A stretch of DNA of 61,014 nucleotides. It comes from Gemmatimonadaceae bacterium. GTDB taxonomy: Bacteria; Gemmatimonadota; Gemmatimonadetes; Gemmatimonadales; Gemmatimonadaceae. Numbering within the stretch: the stretch's first letter is position 1; each line of letters begins with the position of its first letter. The translations under genes were made by a program, and so were the position numbers. The DNA lies in contig DASUGD010000178.1 of the NCBI GenBank assembly GCA_036274195.1, positions 1 to 61,014 of the forward strand. The letters run 5' to 3'. Under the pieces are notes generated by a model. The model was given only the letters and a program-made list of their open reading frames with translations, ran no database searches and was not told where the DNA came from. Shown one piece after another: positions 19,959 through 29,292 of the stretch.

Positions 19959-22595
19959 ATGCTTCGTCCGGGTTTGCGGTGGTTATCCTCCGCTGCGCTC
20001 GCTGCCCTCGTCGCTGTGCCCGCGATCGCACAAACGCCTAACGGTCGCCTGAGCGGGGTGATTCGCGACTCGTCAGGCACCGGCCGGGAAGGCGTCACGG
20101 TGCGGGCCACGAACGCGGCCACCGGCGCAACGCGAAGCGCGACAACGCGCGGTGACGGCACCTACACCATCTCGGATCTGTTGCCCGGCACGTACACCGT
20201 ATCGGCCTCGCTGATAGGCTTCCGACGGGCGACGCGGTCCGGCGTGCCGGTCCAGGGTGACGCGACGGTCGACCTCGTGCTCGCCGCGCTTCCCCTGCAG
20301 GCCATCACCGTCACGGCGACGCTGCGCGAGGAGGAGCTCTCCGAGGTTCCGTTTTCCATCGCCGCACCCACCGCGAAGGACCTGCGCGAGCGCGGTGCGA
20401 CGAATATCGAGGAGATCGCGGCCAACGTGGCCGGTTTCAGTGTGCAGAATCTCGGCCCCGGGCAGAGCCAGGTCGCCATCCGCGGCGCGTCCGCCGGCCA
20501 GATCGCGCGCGACCAGCCCGGCGTCAAAGAGCAGGCGGGCGTCTATCTCGACGACACGCCAGTGTCGCTGTCGCTTTTCACACCCGACCTCGACCTGTTC
20601 GATGTCGCACGCGTCGAAGTGCTGCGCGGTCCGCAGGGCACGCTGTTCGGCTCGGGGTCGCTCGCGGGCACGGTGCGCTACATATCGAACCAGCCGGAGC
20701 TCGGCCTGCGTAGCACGTTCGGTGAGGTCGGGTCGAGCCAGGTCTTGAACGGCGGCTTTGGCGCCAACGTGAAGGTCGGCGCCAACCTGCCCATCGGCGA
20801 CCAGGCGGCGGGACGGGTGGCGCTCTACTACAACCAGCTCGCCGGTTACATGGACGCGGTACAGCCCAACCTCACCCTCCAGAAGAACGTCAACAGCGGA
20901 TCACGCACGGGCGTACGGGCTGCCTTCCGGTATACGCCGAACGATCGCTTCACCATCACGCCGAGGGTGGTCTACCAGACCGTTCGCATGAACGGCTGGA
21001 ACCGCATCGACGCCTACAACATCCTGGCGAACCCGTACACGACCTCGCGCCCGGCGGTGACGTTAGGCGAACGGCAGCTGTTCACGCAGATCCCCGAGCC
21101 GTTCACCGACAACTACACGCTGGGCGATCTCAATATGCGGTACGACTTCGGCAAAATGAACCTGACGTCGATCACGTCGTACAGCTACCGAGACATTCTC
21201 GTCGTGCGCGATGCCGGCGCGCTCACGTCGAGCATCACCGGCGGCAGCATCGGCCTGCCTGAAGCGGTCTACACGCTCAACGCGCCGCTCAACGACGCGA
21301 CGCACACGCACGTCGCGACGCAGGAGCTGCGTCTTTCCGGAAGCGCCGACCGCTTGCGGTGGCTCGTGGGCGGGTTCTTCGGCAAGGCGCTTCGCGACTA
21401 CGGCCAGACGCTCCTCGTGTCTGGCTTCGAGGCGGCGACGAAGATTCCGACCGAGGGGCTTCGCGCCCCGAAGGATGTCCTCTTCTTCTCCGACCTCGCG
21501 TACGATCTCAAGCAATCCGCGCTGTTCGGCGAGGCGACGTACAGCGTGACGGACAAGCTCAACGTCACGGCCGGTCTGCGATACTACGATTTCAGCGAGG
21601 ACCGCCAGCAGGTGTTCGACGGCATCTTCGCGAACGACAACACCGGCACGTCGGTCGTGTCCACGCCCGGGAAGACGAGCGCGGACGGTCTCGCGCCTCG
21701 CTTCATCGTGAGCTACAAGGCCACGCCGACGCTGACGCTCAACGCGCAGGCCTCGGAGGGCTTCCGGCTCGGCGGCATCAATGATCCGCTCAACGTCCCA
21801 CTCTGCACGCCGCAGGACCTCGCTACGTTCAGCGGCCGTGACTCGTGGGACAACGAAACGGCGTGGAACTACGAGCTCGGCGCAAAGGCGACGTGGATGG
21901 GTGGCCGCGCCTCGCTCAACGTGTCGGGGTTCTACATGGACATTCGCGACCTGCAGATGATCGTCACGGCCGGCTCGTGCTCGTCGCGCCTGGTGTTCAA
22001 CACCCCGAAGGCGATGAGCGCGGGAGCCGAGATCGAATTGACGGCCGCGCCTAACAGGTACGTCGACTTCGCCGTCTCCGGCACGTTCAACAAGGCCGAG
22101 CTGCGGTCAACCCTGACGTCGACGGCCGAAAACGGCGACGTGAGCGTCGTATCCGGGATCGAGGACGGCAACCGGCTGCCGAGCGTGCCTGAGCTTCAGG
22201 TTGCCGCGGCGGTAACATTCCACAAGCCACTCAAGCGCGGGGCCGACGGGTTCTTCACCACGACGTACAATCACGTGGGTTCGCGGTACACGCAGATCGA
22301 TGACGAGGCGACGGGCTTCGGCACGGTCGATCTCAACTCGTTCGCGCCGAACACGATTGGCGGGCCGCTCACGCAATCGACGTTCACGTTCAATCCGCTG
22401 CTGCCGGCGTACGACCTGGTCAATCTGCGCGTTGGCGTCACCCGGGCGAGCTGGGAGGCGGCGTTGTTCCTCAACAACGTTACGGACGAGCGGGCGCTGC
22501 TCGCGCTGGACCGTGAGCGGGGCACGCGGGCGCGCGTCGGCTATCTGACGAATCAGCCTCGCACGTTAGGCTTGAGCCTGACCTTCAACTACTAG
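19959..22595 (+). CDS. TonB-dependent receptor with N-terminal carboxypeptidase-regulatory-like domain
   Basis: 878 aa. Signal peptide, CarbopepD_reg-like segment (GVIRDSSGTGREGVTVRATNAATGATRSATTRGDGTYTISDLLPGTYTV), plug, long beta-barrel, C-terminal LTFNY. Confidence 0.9.
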   Translation: MLRPGLRWLSSAALAALVAVPAIAQTPNGRLSGVIRDSSGTGREGVTVRATNAATGATRSATTRGDGTYTISDLLPGTYTVSASLIGFRRATRSGVPVQGDATVDLVLAALPLQAITVTATLREEELSEVPFSIAAPTAKDLRERGATNIEEIAANVAGFSVQNLGPGQSQVAIRGASAGQIARDQPGVKEQAGVYLDDTPVSLSLFTPDLDLFDVARVEVLRGPQGTLFGSGSLAGTVRYISNQPELGLRSTFGEVGSSQVLNGGFGANVKVGANLPIGDQAAGRVALYYNQLAGYMDAVQPNLTLQKNVNSGSRTGVRAAFRYTPNDRFTITPRVVYQTVRMNGWNRIDAYNILANPYTTSRPAVTLGERQLFTQIPEPFTDNYTLGDLNMRYDFGKMNLTSITSYSYRDILVVRDAGALTSSITGGSIGLPEAVYTLNAPLNDATHTHVATQELRLSGSADRLRWLVGGFFGKALRDYGQTLLVSGFEAATKIPTEGLRAPKDVLFFSDLAYDLKQSALFGEATYSVTDKLNVTAGLRYYDFSEDRQQVFDGIFANDNTGTSVVSTPGKTSADGLAPRFIVSYKATPTLTLNAQASEGFRLGGINDPLNVPLCTPQDLATFSGRDSWDNETAWNYELGAKATWMGGRASLNVSGFYMDIRDLQMIVTAGSCSSRLVFNTPKAMSAGAEIELTAAPNRYVDFAVSGTFNKAELRSTLTSTAENGDVSVVSGIEDGNRLPSVPELQVAAAVTFHKPLKRGADGFFTTTYNHVGSRYTQIDDEATGFGTVDLNSFAPNTIGGPLTQSTFTFNPLLPAYDLVNLRVGVTRASWEAALFLNNVTDERALLALDRERGTRARVGYLTNQPRTLGLSLTFNY

Positions 22596-22597
22596 GT

Positions 22598-22720
22598 GGG
22601 GACATGGGGACTGGGGACTGGGAACTCGGCCAGGATGTTATTAGCACTGATGAAACCTCCACGGCGGTAGAAGGCTCCCGGCCGAGTCCCCAGTCCCCAG
22701 TCCCTGGTCCGCAGTCCCTC
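22598..22720. repeat. Inverted heptamer-array element (GGGGACT)n ... (AGTCCCC)n overlapping the 5-prime end of the FAD-oxidoreductase ORF
   Basis: ggggactggggactggg at ~22607-22623 pairs with gagtccccagtccccagtccc at ~22685-22705. Confidence 0.9.
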
Positions 22721-23929
22721 ACGCGTCGCCGATTCGTCGCGTCAGCGGTCGCTGCCCCGTTCGTGCTCCGCTTCGGAGTGCGACGACTGACAGCCGACCA
22801 CGTCGTCGTGGTTGGCGCGGGCGCGTTTGGAGGCTGGACGGCGCTCACGCTCCTGCGCGCCGGCATGCGAGTCACACTCGTGGACGCGTGGGGGGCGGGG
22901 AACTCGAGGGCCTCGTCAGGCGGCGAGACGCGCGTCATCCGCAGCGTCTACAACGGCAACGCGCTGTACACGCAGATGGCCGCCCGGGCCTTCACGCTGT
23001 GGCGCGAGGCCGAACAGCAGTGGAAGCGGCAGGTGCTGTTCCACACCGGCGCGCTGTGGATGTGCGAGACCGACGACTCCTACGTGCGCCGCTCCATCGA
23101 ACCGATGAACGCCGTCGGCCTGTCGGTGGAAGAGATGGCTCCGACCGAGGCGGCACGACGGTATCCACAGATGGGCTTCCGTGATGTAAAAACCGCGTTC
23201 TTCGAGCCGGAGGCCGGATATCTCACGGCGCGGGCCGCCTGCGAGCTCGTGCGCGAAACGATCGTTCGGGAAGGCGGGACGTACACGCAGGCTTGGGTCC
23301 GCCCCGGCGCTCCCGCTGGTGGTCGCCTAACGCGCGTCACGCTGTCGGACGGCCGCGCGCTCGACGGCGACCGATTCGTCTTCGCGTGCGGGCCGTGGCT
23401 GGGACAGCTCTTCCCGGACGTCGTGGGCCGGCGCATCGTGGCGACACGACAGGAGGTCTTCTTCTTCGGCACGCCGGCCGGCGACACGCGATTCGACTCG
23501 GGGACGCTGCCCGTGTGGGTCCACGTGGGTGAGCGGCTCGTCTATGGCATTCCAAGCCACGAGCGACGGGGGCTCAAGCTGGCGGACGACACCGCCGGAC
23601 CCGAGGTCGACCCGACGACGCAGCTGCGTGTGCCGAGCGCCGAGGGCACGGCGCGCGCCCGTTCGTTCGTGGCAAAGCGCTTCCCTGTCCTGGCGGATGC
23701 CCCGATCGTCGAGGCGCGTGTGTGCCAGTACGAGGCGTCGACGGACGGGAACTATCTCGTCGACCGGCACCCGCAGCTCGAGAACGTGTGGCTCCTCGGC
23801 GGCGGCTCGGGTCACGGGTTCAAGATGGGCCCTGCATTCGGCGAGCACGCCGCGGCGGTGATTCAGGGGCGAGCCGCGGTGAATCCGCTATTCGCGTACG
23901 CGCGTCTCAAGCCGCGACCTGTCCCCTAA
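22604..23929 (+). CDS. FAD-dependent oxidoreductase (DAO/sarcosine-oxidase-beta-like) with Tat signal
   Basis: RRRFVASAVAAPF twin-arginine motif, VVVVGAGAFGGWTALTLLRAGMRVTLVD Rossmann motif. The only in-frame ATG (22604) lies inside an inverted heptamer repeat. Confidence 0.8.
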   Translation: MGTGDWELGQDVISTDETSTAVEGSRPSPQSPVPGPQSLTRRRFVASAVAAPFVLRFGVRRLTADHVVVVGAGAFGGWTALTLLRAGMRVTLVDAWGAGNSRASSGGETRVIRSVYNGNALYTQMAARAFTLWREAEQQWKRQVLFHTGALWMCETDDSYVRRSIEPMNAVGLSVEEMAPTEAARRYPQMGFRDVKTAFFEPEAGYLTARAACELVRETIVREGGTYTQAWVRPGAPAGGRLTRVTLSDGRALDGDRFVFACGPWLGQLFPDVVGRRIVATRQEVFFFGTPAGDTRFDSGTLPVWVHVGERLVYGIPSHERRGLKLADDTAGPEVDPTTQLRVPSAEGTARARSFVAKRFPVLADAPIVEARVCQYEASTDGNYLVDRHPQLENVWLLGGGSGHGFKMGPAFGEHAAAVIQGRAAVNPLFAYARLKPRPVP

Positions 23930-24019
23930 CGATCGGCATCCAGAACGGCGCAGGCAGCCCCTCCACACACAGGACTCTACGGGGACGATCGCGATCCCTC
24001 GCTAGCTCGGGATGACATC

Positions 24020-25459
24020 ATGCTGATCATGCGCCCAGCGGTCTGGGCATGTCTCGCGCTCACCGTGGTCGTAGCGCCATGTCGGGCTCAGGCAAAGGCT
24101 ACATCCGAGCGGCGCGCCGCGGTCGAAGCGTGGGTAACGACCGCCGACAAGGCGAAGCTGCTCGCCAGAGCGCCTAACGTCTCATGGGTGAGCGGCGAGC
24201 CGGCGGACGAAGCAACCAGGATCGAGGTCGATACGGCCATCACCTACCAGGAGATGGTCGGCTTCGGCGCCGCGATCACCGACGCGTCGGCATGGCTGAT
24301 CCAGACGAAGCTCTCGCCCACGCAGCGCGAGGCGCTGCTGCAGGATCTGTTCGGGCGCGCCACCGGCATCGGGCTCAGCTTCACACGCCTGACGATCGGC
24401 GCGTCGGACTTCTCCCGTACGCACTACACCTTCGACGACGTGCCGGCCGGCGAAGCCGACTCGACGCTCGCACACTTTTCCATCGACGCAAACCGGGCCG
24501 ACGTGCTGCCCGTCGTGAAGCGCGCGCTCGCCATCAACCGCGGTCTCCGCATTATGGCGTCCCCGTGGAGCGCGCCGGCGTGGATGAAGACGACGCACAG
24601 TCTGATCAAGGGGACGCTGCGCGCCGAGGCGTATCCGGCGTTCGCCGAATACCTGCGTCGCTACGTCCAGGCGTATCAGGCCGAGGGCGTACCGATCTTC
24701 GCGATCACGCTGCAGAACGAGCCGCACTTCGAGCCGGAGAACTACCCCGGCATGCGCCTAACGCCTGCCCAGCGAGCCGCCCTCATCGGCGGGCACGTCG
24801 GCCCGCTGTTCGACCGCGCCGGGATCACGACGCGCATCCTGGACTGGGATCATAACTGGGACGAACCCGAATCGCCCCTGGCCGTGCTCGAGGACTCGAG
24901 CGCTCGCCGGTACGTCGCCGGCGTGGCGTGGCACTGCTACAACGGAGACGTCGCGGCGCAGACGTCCGTGCACGACGCCTACCCTGAGAAGGAGGTGTAC
25001 TTCACGGAGTGCTCCGGTGGCCAATGGGCGCCCAACTGGGCCGACAACTTTGCCTGGACCGTCCGCACGCTGATGATCGGAGCAACGCGAGGCTGGGCGA
25101 GGGGTGTGCTCCTCTGGAACCTCGCGCTGGACGAGTCGCACGGACCGCACCTGGGTGGCTGTGGTGATTGTCGAGGCGTGGTGACGATCGATTCGAGGAC
25201 CGGGGCGGTCACGCGAAACGAGGAGTACTACGCGCTCGCGCACGCGAGCCGATTCGTGCGGCCGGGCGCCAAGCGGATCGCATCGACGACGGGCGTGGAC
25301 AGCCTCGAGACGGTGGCGTTTCGCAACGCGGATGACGGGTCGACGGTGCTGATCGTGGTGAACACCGGCAAGCTCGACCGTACCCTCGCCGTGCGATCCG
25401 CCGGCCAATCGTTTCGATTCACGCTTCCGCCCGGAGCCGTGACAACGGTTCGCTGGTAG
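24020..25459 (+). CDS. Glycoside hydrolase family 30 (glucosylceramidase/xylanase-like), secreted
   Basis: 479 aa with a signal peptide and the GH30 signature MASPWSAPAWMKT. Confidence 0.9.
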   Translation: MLIMRPAVWACLALTVVVAPCRAQAKATSERRAAVEAWVTTADKAKLLARAPNVSWVSGEPADEATRIEVDTAITYQEMVGFGAAITDASAWLIQTKLSPTQREALLQDLFGRATGIGLSFTRLTIGASDFSRTHYTFDDVPAGEADSTLAHFSIDANRADVLPVVKRALAINRGLRIMASPWSAPAWMKTTHSLIKGTLRAEAYPAFAEYLRRYVQAYQAEGVPIFAITLQNEPHFEPENYPGMRLTPAQRAALIGGHVGPLFDRAGITTRILDWDHNWDEPESPLAVLEDSSARRYVAGVAWHCYNGDVAAQTSVHDAYPEKEVYFTECSGGQWAPNWADNFAWTVRTLMIGATRGWARGVLLWNLALDESHGPHLGGCGDCRGVVTIDSRTGAVTRNEEYYALAHASRFVRPGAKRIASTTGVDSLETVAFRNADDGSTVLIVVNTGKLDRTLAVRSAGQSFRFTLPPGAVTTVRW

Positions 25460-25486
25460 ATTTCCGGCGTCGAACCGTTTGTACAA

Positions 25487-27775
25487 ATGCATTCAGTCCA
25501 GCGAGCCATCGTTCGAGCCGTTGCAGCGGTGAGCGTGTGCCTAACGCTCGCGTGCAGCGTGAAGGAAGCCCCGCGGGTACCCACCGCCGTCCGGCGCACC
25601 GACACGCAACGCATGGCGGATACTCTTGCGATCCTCAGCGCGAGAGCGGTGGCCGAGCCGATGTCGAATCCGTTTCTCAATCACGCGCGCGCGCAACACT
25701 TGAGAGTGTCCATCGCGGCGGAGGGCGGCGGCCCGAGCACGTTCAACACACGGAACTGGCTCGCCGACGAGGTGCTCAAGGCAGGCGAGACCCGAGAGGC
25801 CATAGCCGAGCTGCAGTCGCTGATGCGGGACGCGCATGTGCCGACGGATACCATCACCGAACAGAAGAAGGGTCTCTTCGACCTTCTCGCGATCGCATCC
25901 CTCCGCCTCGGCGAACAGGAGAACTGCATCGGCACCCCCGCGTCGAACCGATGCATCCTGCCGCTCGAGGGCGGCGCGCGACACACGCACGAGGAGGGCG
26001 CGCGCGAGGCGATCGCCCGGTATACGCAGCTGTTGCACTTCTTTCCCCAGGATCACGGATCACAGTATCTCCTGAACATCGCCTGGATGGCCGTCGGCGG
26101 ATATCCGGACAGCGTACCGAAGCGCTACCTCATCCCCAACCTCACCCCGCGCGCGGATGATCCGTTTCCGCGGTTCGACAACGTCGCCGGCAACGTCGGC
26201 CTCGCGGTCACCGGGCTCGCCGGTGGCCTCTCGATCGATGACTTCAACGGAGACGGCCTGCTCGATGTGTTCACGACGTCGTGGGGGCCTAACGATCCAG
26301 TTCACCTCTTCCTGGCGGACGGCAAGGGCGGCTATGTCGACCGCACGGCGGCGTCCGGGCTCGAGGGGATCGTCGGCGGCGTGAACACCGTTCACGCCGA
26401 CTACGACAACGATGGTGACATCGACATCCTCGTGCTGCGCGGCGGATGGCTCGGCGAAGCGGGCAAGTATCCGAACTCCCTGCTGCGGAACCGCGGCGAT
26501 GGCACGTTCGAGGATGTCACCTTCTCCTCCGGACTGCTGTCCTTCAATCCGACGCATTCGGCGGCGTGGGCCGACTTCAACCTCGACGGCTACCTCGACC
26601 TGTTCGTCGGCAACGAGTCCGGCACGTGGTCGGGCGGGCCGTCGCATCGATCCGAGCTGTTCCTCAACAACAGAGACGGGACGTTCACGGAAGTCTCGCA
26701 CCGAATGGGAATCGACGTCGACGATTTCGTGAAAGGCGTAGTGTGGGGTGACGTCAACAACGACGGGCTTCCCGACCTGTACGTGTCGGTGTTCTCCGGC
26801 CCGAATCGCCTCTACATCAATCGCGGCGGTACCTCGATCGAGAACTGGCACTTCGAGGAGCGCGCCGCCGCCGCCGGCGTGGACATGAAGACCCCGTCGT
26901 TCCCCACCTGGTTCTGGGACTTCGACAACGACGGTTTCGAGGATCTGCTCGTGCTGAGCTACGATCTGAATGCGCCGTTACACGAGACCGTCGCGCTGGA
27001 GTATCTCGGGCTGCCGCTCGAGACCGTCAAGAACGGGAAGGTCGTGGAGTATCAGCCGTCGCGGCTCTTTCGCAATCGGGGCGACGGCACCTTCGAGGAC
27101 GTGACGAAACGCGTGGGACTCGCCGACAAGGTGATCTACGCGATGGGAAGCAACTACGGTGACCTCGACAACGATGGTTGGCTCGATTTCTATGTCGGCA
27201 CGGGGAATCCCGATCTTCGCTCCGTCGTGCCGAACCGGATGTTCCGCAGCGTGAATGGCAAGCGATTCGAGGAGGTCACGCTTCCCGGCGGGTTCGGCCA
27301 CATCCAGAAAGGTCACGCGACGGCGTTTGCCGATCTCGATCGCGATGGCGATGAAGACGTGTACATGGTCCTCGGCGGCGCGTACGAGGGAGACCAGTTC
27401 ACGAGTGTGCTGTTCGAGAATCCGGGGTGGCCGAACAACCACTGGATCACGCTCGAGCTCGAGGGCCGAACATCGAACCGGTCTGCGATCGGCGCGCGTG
27501 TCGACGTCGTCGCTGTCGATGCGCAGGGCGCGGCGCGAACCGTTAGGCGCACGGTGCGAACGGGCGGCTCGTTCGGCGCGGGGAGCCTCGAGCTGCACGT
27601 GGGGCTGGGGCCGGCGGTCCGCGTGCAGGAGGTGCGGATTCAGTGGCCGGACTCGGCGCGCACGAGGACGAGCTACCGTGATCTGCAGCTCGATCGCACG
27701 TACCGCATCACGCAGGGCGAGCCACCGAAAGTGCTGGATCGCCCGCGCGTGCCGTTCCGCACTCGGCGCCCTTGA
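25487..27775 (+). CDS. CRTAC1-family protein (FG-GAP repeats plus ASPIC/UnbV domain), secreted
   Basis: 762 aa. Repeated D.N.DG..D FG-GAP calcium-binding repeats (DFNGDGLLD, DYDNDGDID, DFNLDGYLD, DVNNDGLPD, DFDNDGFED, DLDNDGWLD, DLDRDGDED). C-terminal UnbV-like region. Confidence 0.85.
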   Translation: MHSVQRAIVRAVAAVSVCLTLACSVKEAPRVPTAVRRTDTQRMADTLAILSARAVAEPMSNPFLNHARAQHLRVSIAAEGGGPSTFNTRNWLADEVLKAGETREAIAELQSLMRDAHVPTDTITEQKKGLFDLLAIASLRLGEQENCIGTPASNRCILPLEGGARHTHEEGAREAIARYTQLLHFFPQDHGSQYLLNIAWMAVGGYPDSVPKRYLIPNLTPRADDPFPRFDNVAGNVGLAVTGLAGGLSIDDFNGDGLLDVFTTSWGPNDPVHLFLADGKGGYVDRTAASGLEGIVGGVNTVHADYDNDGDIDILVLRGGWLGEAGKYPNSLLRNRGDGTFEDVTFSSGLLSFNPTHSAAWADFNLDGYLDLFVGNESGTWSGGPSHRSELFLNNRDGTFTEVSHRMGIDVDDFVKGVVWGDVNNDGLPDLYVSVFSGPNRLYINRGGTSIENWHFEERAAAAGVDMKTPSFPTWFWDFDNDGFEDLLVLSYDLNAPLHETVALEYLGLPLETVKNGKVVEYQPSRLFRNRGDGTFEDVTKRVGLADKVIYAMGSNYGDLDNDGWLDFYVGTGNPDLRSVVPNRMFRSVNGKRFEEVTLPGGFGHIQKGHATAFADLDRDGDEDVYMVLGGAYEGDQFTSVLFENPGWPNNHWITLELEGRTSNRSAIGARVDVVAVDAQGAARTVRRTVRTGGSFGAGSLELHVGLGPAVRVQEVRIQWPDSARTRTSYRDLQLDRTYRITQGEPPKVLDRPRVPFRTRRP

Positions 27776-27788
27776 AAACTGAAAAGGA

Positions 27789-29012
27789 CTAGTGCTTGGC
27801 GCTATCTGGGTACACGCGGATCCAATGATTCCGGCCCTGCACGCGCTCCATCTCGCCCTCGCGGTCCGAGACCACGATCTTCGACGTCTGCAACGGCATA
27901 TGGCAGTCCACGCAATGCCCGACGATCGCGCGGCCACGCGTGGCGAACAGCGGGCAGCTCTGCTGCTGGTGACACGTTAGGCACCGTCCCGACAGCTCGA
28001 CGACGTCGCGCTGTTGGCGATGGACGTCATGACAGGTGGTGCACGTCATTTGCGACGACGTGAAGCACCTGCTGCGCGAGAGCAGCGCGACCTGGTTCGC
28101 GTGAACATCCACGAACTCGTCGGACGCCTTCGGAACGAGCTTCACGTACTCCTCGAGCGGTTTCCCCGCGACGTACGTGAAGGTTGGCTCCTGCGGGTCG
28201 CCGATGCCGCCATGGCACTGCGCGCACACGTCCATCTTCCGCTCGCGACTCAGTGTCGCCGGGTTCACGATCGACCGATCACGCGCGAGATAGCGGACCA
28301 GCGAACGCTGGCGCGAGACGTGCTGCTTCCCCGCCGCATGGCATCGCTCACACGTAATGCCAAGGATCGCGCTGTCGGGCCGATACTGGTTGTCGACCGT
28401 CAGGCCAGGGACCGACTCCATCCAGGTCGCGTGACATTCGAAGCAGCGAGGTGCGACCGTGCGGTTGAAGCTCGCCCTCGGATCGATCCCAACTCGCCCG
28501 GGGCTGCCGAGCCACGTGTTCAGCCCCGTGTAGTACGACACCGGCAGCTGGAACAGCCGGTCGCCGGACCAGTAGAGAAAGCTCTGTCCCTTTCGCCCTG
28601 AGCCGCCGACGTACGCGATGCGCTCGGTGCGACTCGTCGAGTCGGCGCCCGTGCCAACCACCAGGGTCTGATAGAAGCCGGTCGAGTCGGCGTCCATGCG
28701 GAAGTGCACGTCGGGCCGGTCGGTGCGCAAAACGTTGTAGCCCTTGCTGAAGTTCCCAAGGACCGACTGGCGCGTCGGAAGCCGCATCGTCAGGCGGTGC
28801 GCCGTCTGCTCGAAGGTCGCCTTGTCGCGATGGCAGGAGATGCAGGTGGAATCACCGACCGCCGTGGCCGTTCTCACCGGTTGCGGCCACTCCCGCGCCG
28901 CGCGCCGCACGTTCTTGAGAAGTAGGACGTAGCCACCGAACAGCACCGCCGCGAAAGCGGCGAGCCACGGGTACGGAGACCTCCAGTTGAGGGCTGGGCG
29001 ATTGTCCGGCAT
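27789..29012 (-). CDS. Multiheme c-type cytochrome (7 CxxCH motifs), membrane-anchored
   Basis: 407 aa. N-terminal TM helix. CISCH, CFECH, CERCH, CAQCH, CTTCH, CLTCH, CVDCH. Confidence 0.85.
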   Translation of the reverse strand: MPDNRPALNWRSPYPWLAAFAAVLFGGYVLLLKNVRRAAREWPQPVRTATAVGDSTCISCHRDKATFEQTAHRLTMRLPTRQSVLGNFSKGYNVLRTDRPDVHFRMDADSTGFYQTLVVGTGADSTSRTERIAYVGGSGRKGQSFLYWSGDRLFQLPVSYYTGLNTWLGSPGRVGIDPRASFNRTVAPRCFECHATWMESVPGLTVDNQYRPDSAILGITCERCHAAGKQHVSRQRSLVRYLARDRSIVNPATLSRERKMDVCAQCHGGIGDPQEPTFTYVAGKPLEEYVKLVPKASDEFVDVHANQVALLSRSRCFTSSQMTCTTCHDVHRQQRDVVELSGRCLTCHQQQSCPLFATRGRAIVGHCVDCHMPLQTSKIVVSDREGEMERVQGRNHWIRVYPDSAKH

Positions 29013-29102
29013 TGGCGCGGCTCGACGGATCGCTGCGTGGACTCGAGATGATCACGCCAGGACGCGCCAAGTGCAACACCATGGAACCCGGCGGCGGAGA
29101 CG

Positions 29103-29270
29103 AGAGACGGCAGAGAACTGCAGACGGTAGACGGCAGGGGGCAGATGGCAGAAGGCAGAGGAACCGAATCCCTCTGCCCTCTACAACCTGCCGTCCACCG
29201 TCTGCTGTCTGCAGTTTCTCTACAGTCTGCAGTTCTCTACCGTCTGCAGTTCTCTACGGTCTGCCGTCTC
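29103..29270. repeat. Large inverted-repeat element built from gacggcagagaactgcag-type units
   Basis: Left arm gagacggcagagaactgcagacggtagacggcag. Right arm gtctgcagttctctaccgtctgcagttctctacggtctgccgtctc (tandemly expanded). Central small hairpin cagagg-aaccgaatc-cctctg. Confidence 0.9.
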
Positions 29271-29292
29271 GCGTGGCCTTTGATACGCGGGC

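Noticed and set aside
22604-22740. Alternative downstream start for the FAD oxidoreductase
   Set aside because: I found no in-frame ATG, GTG or TTG between the hairpin and the Tat motif, so I kept the track start at 22604 despite it lying inside the repeat.
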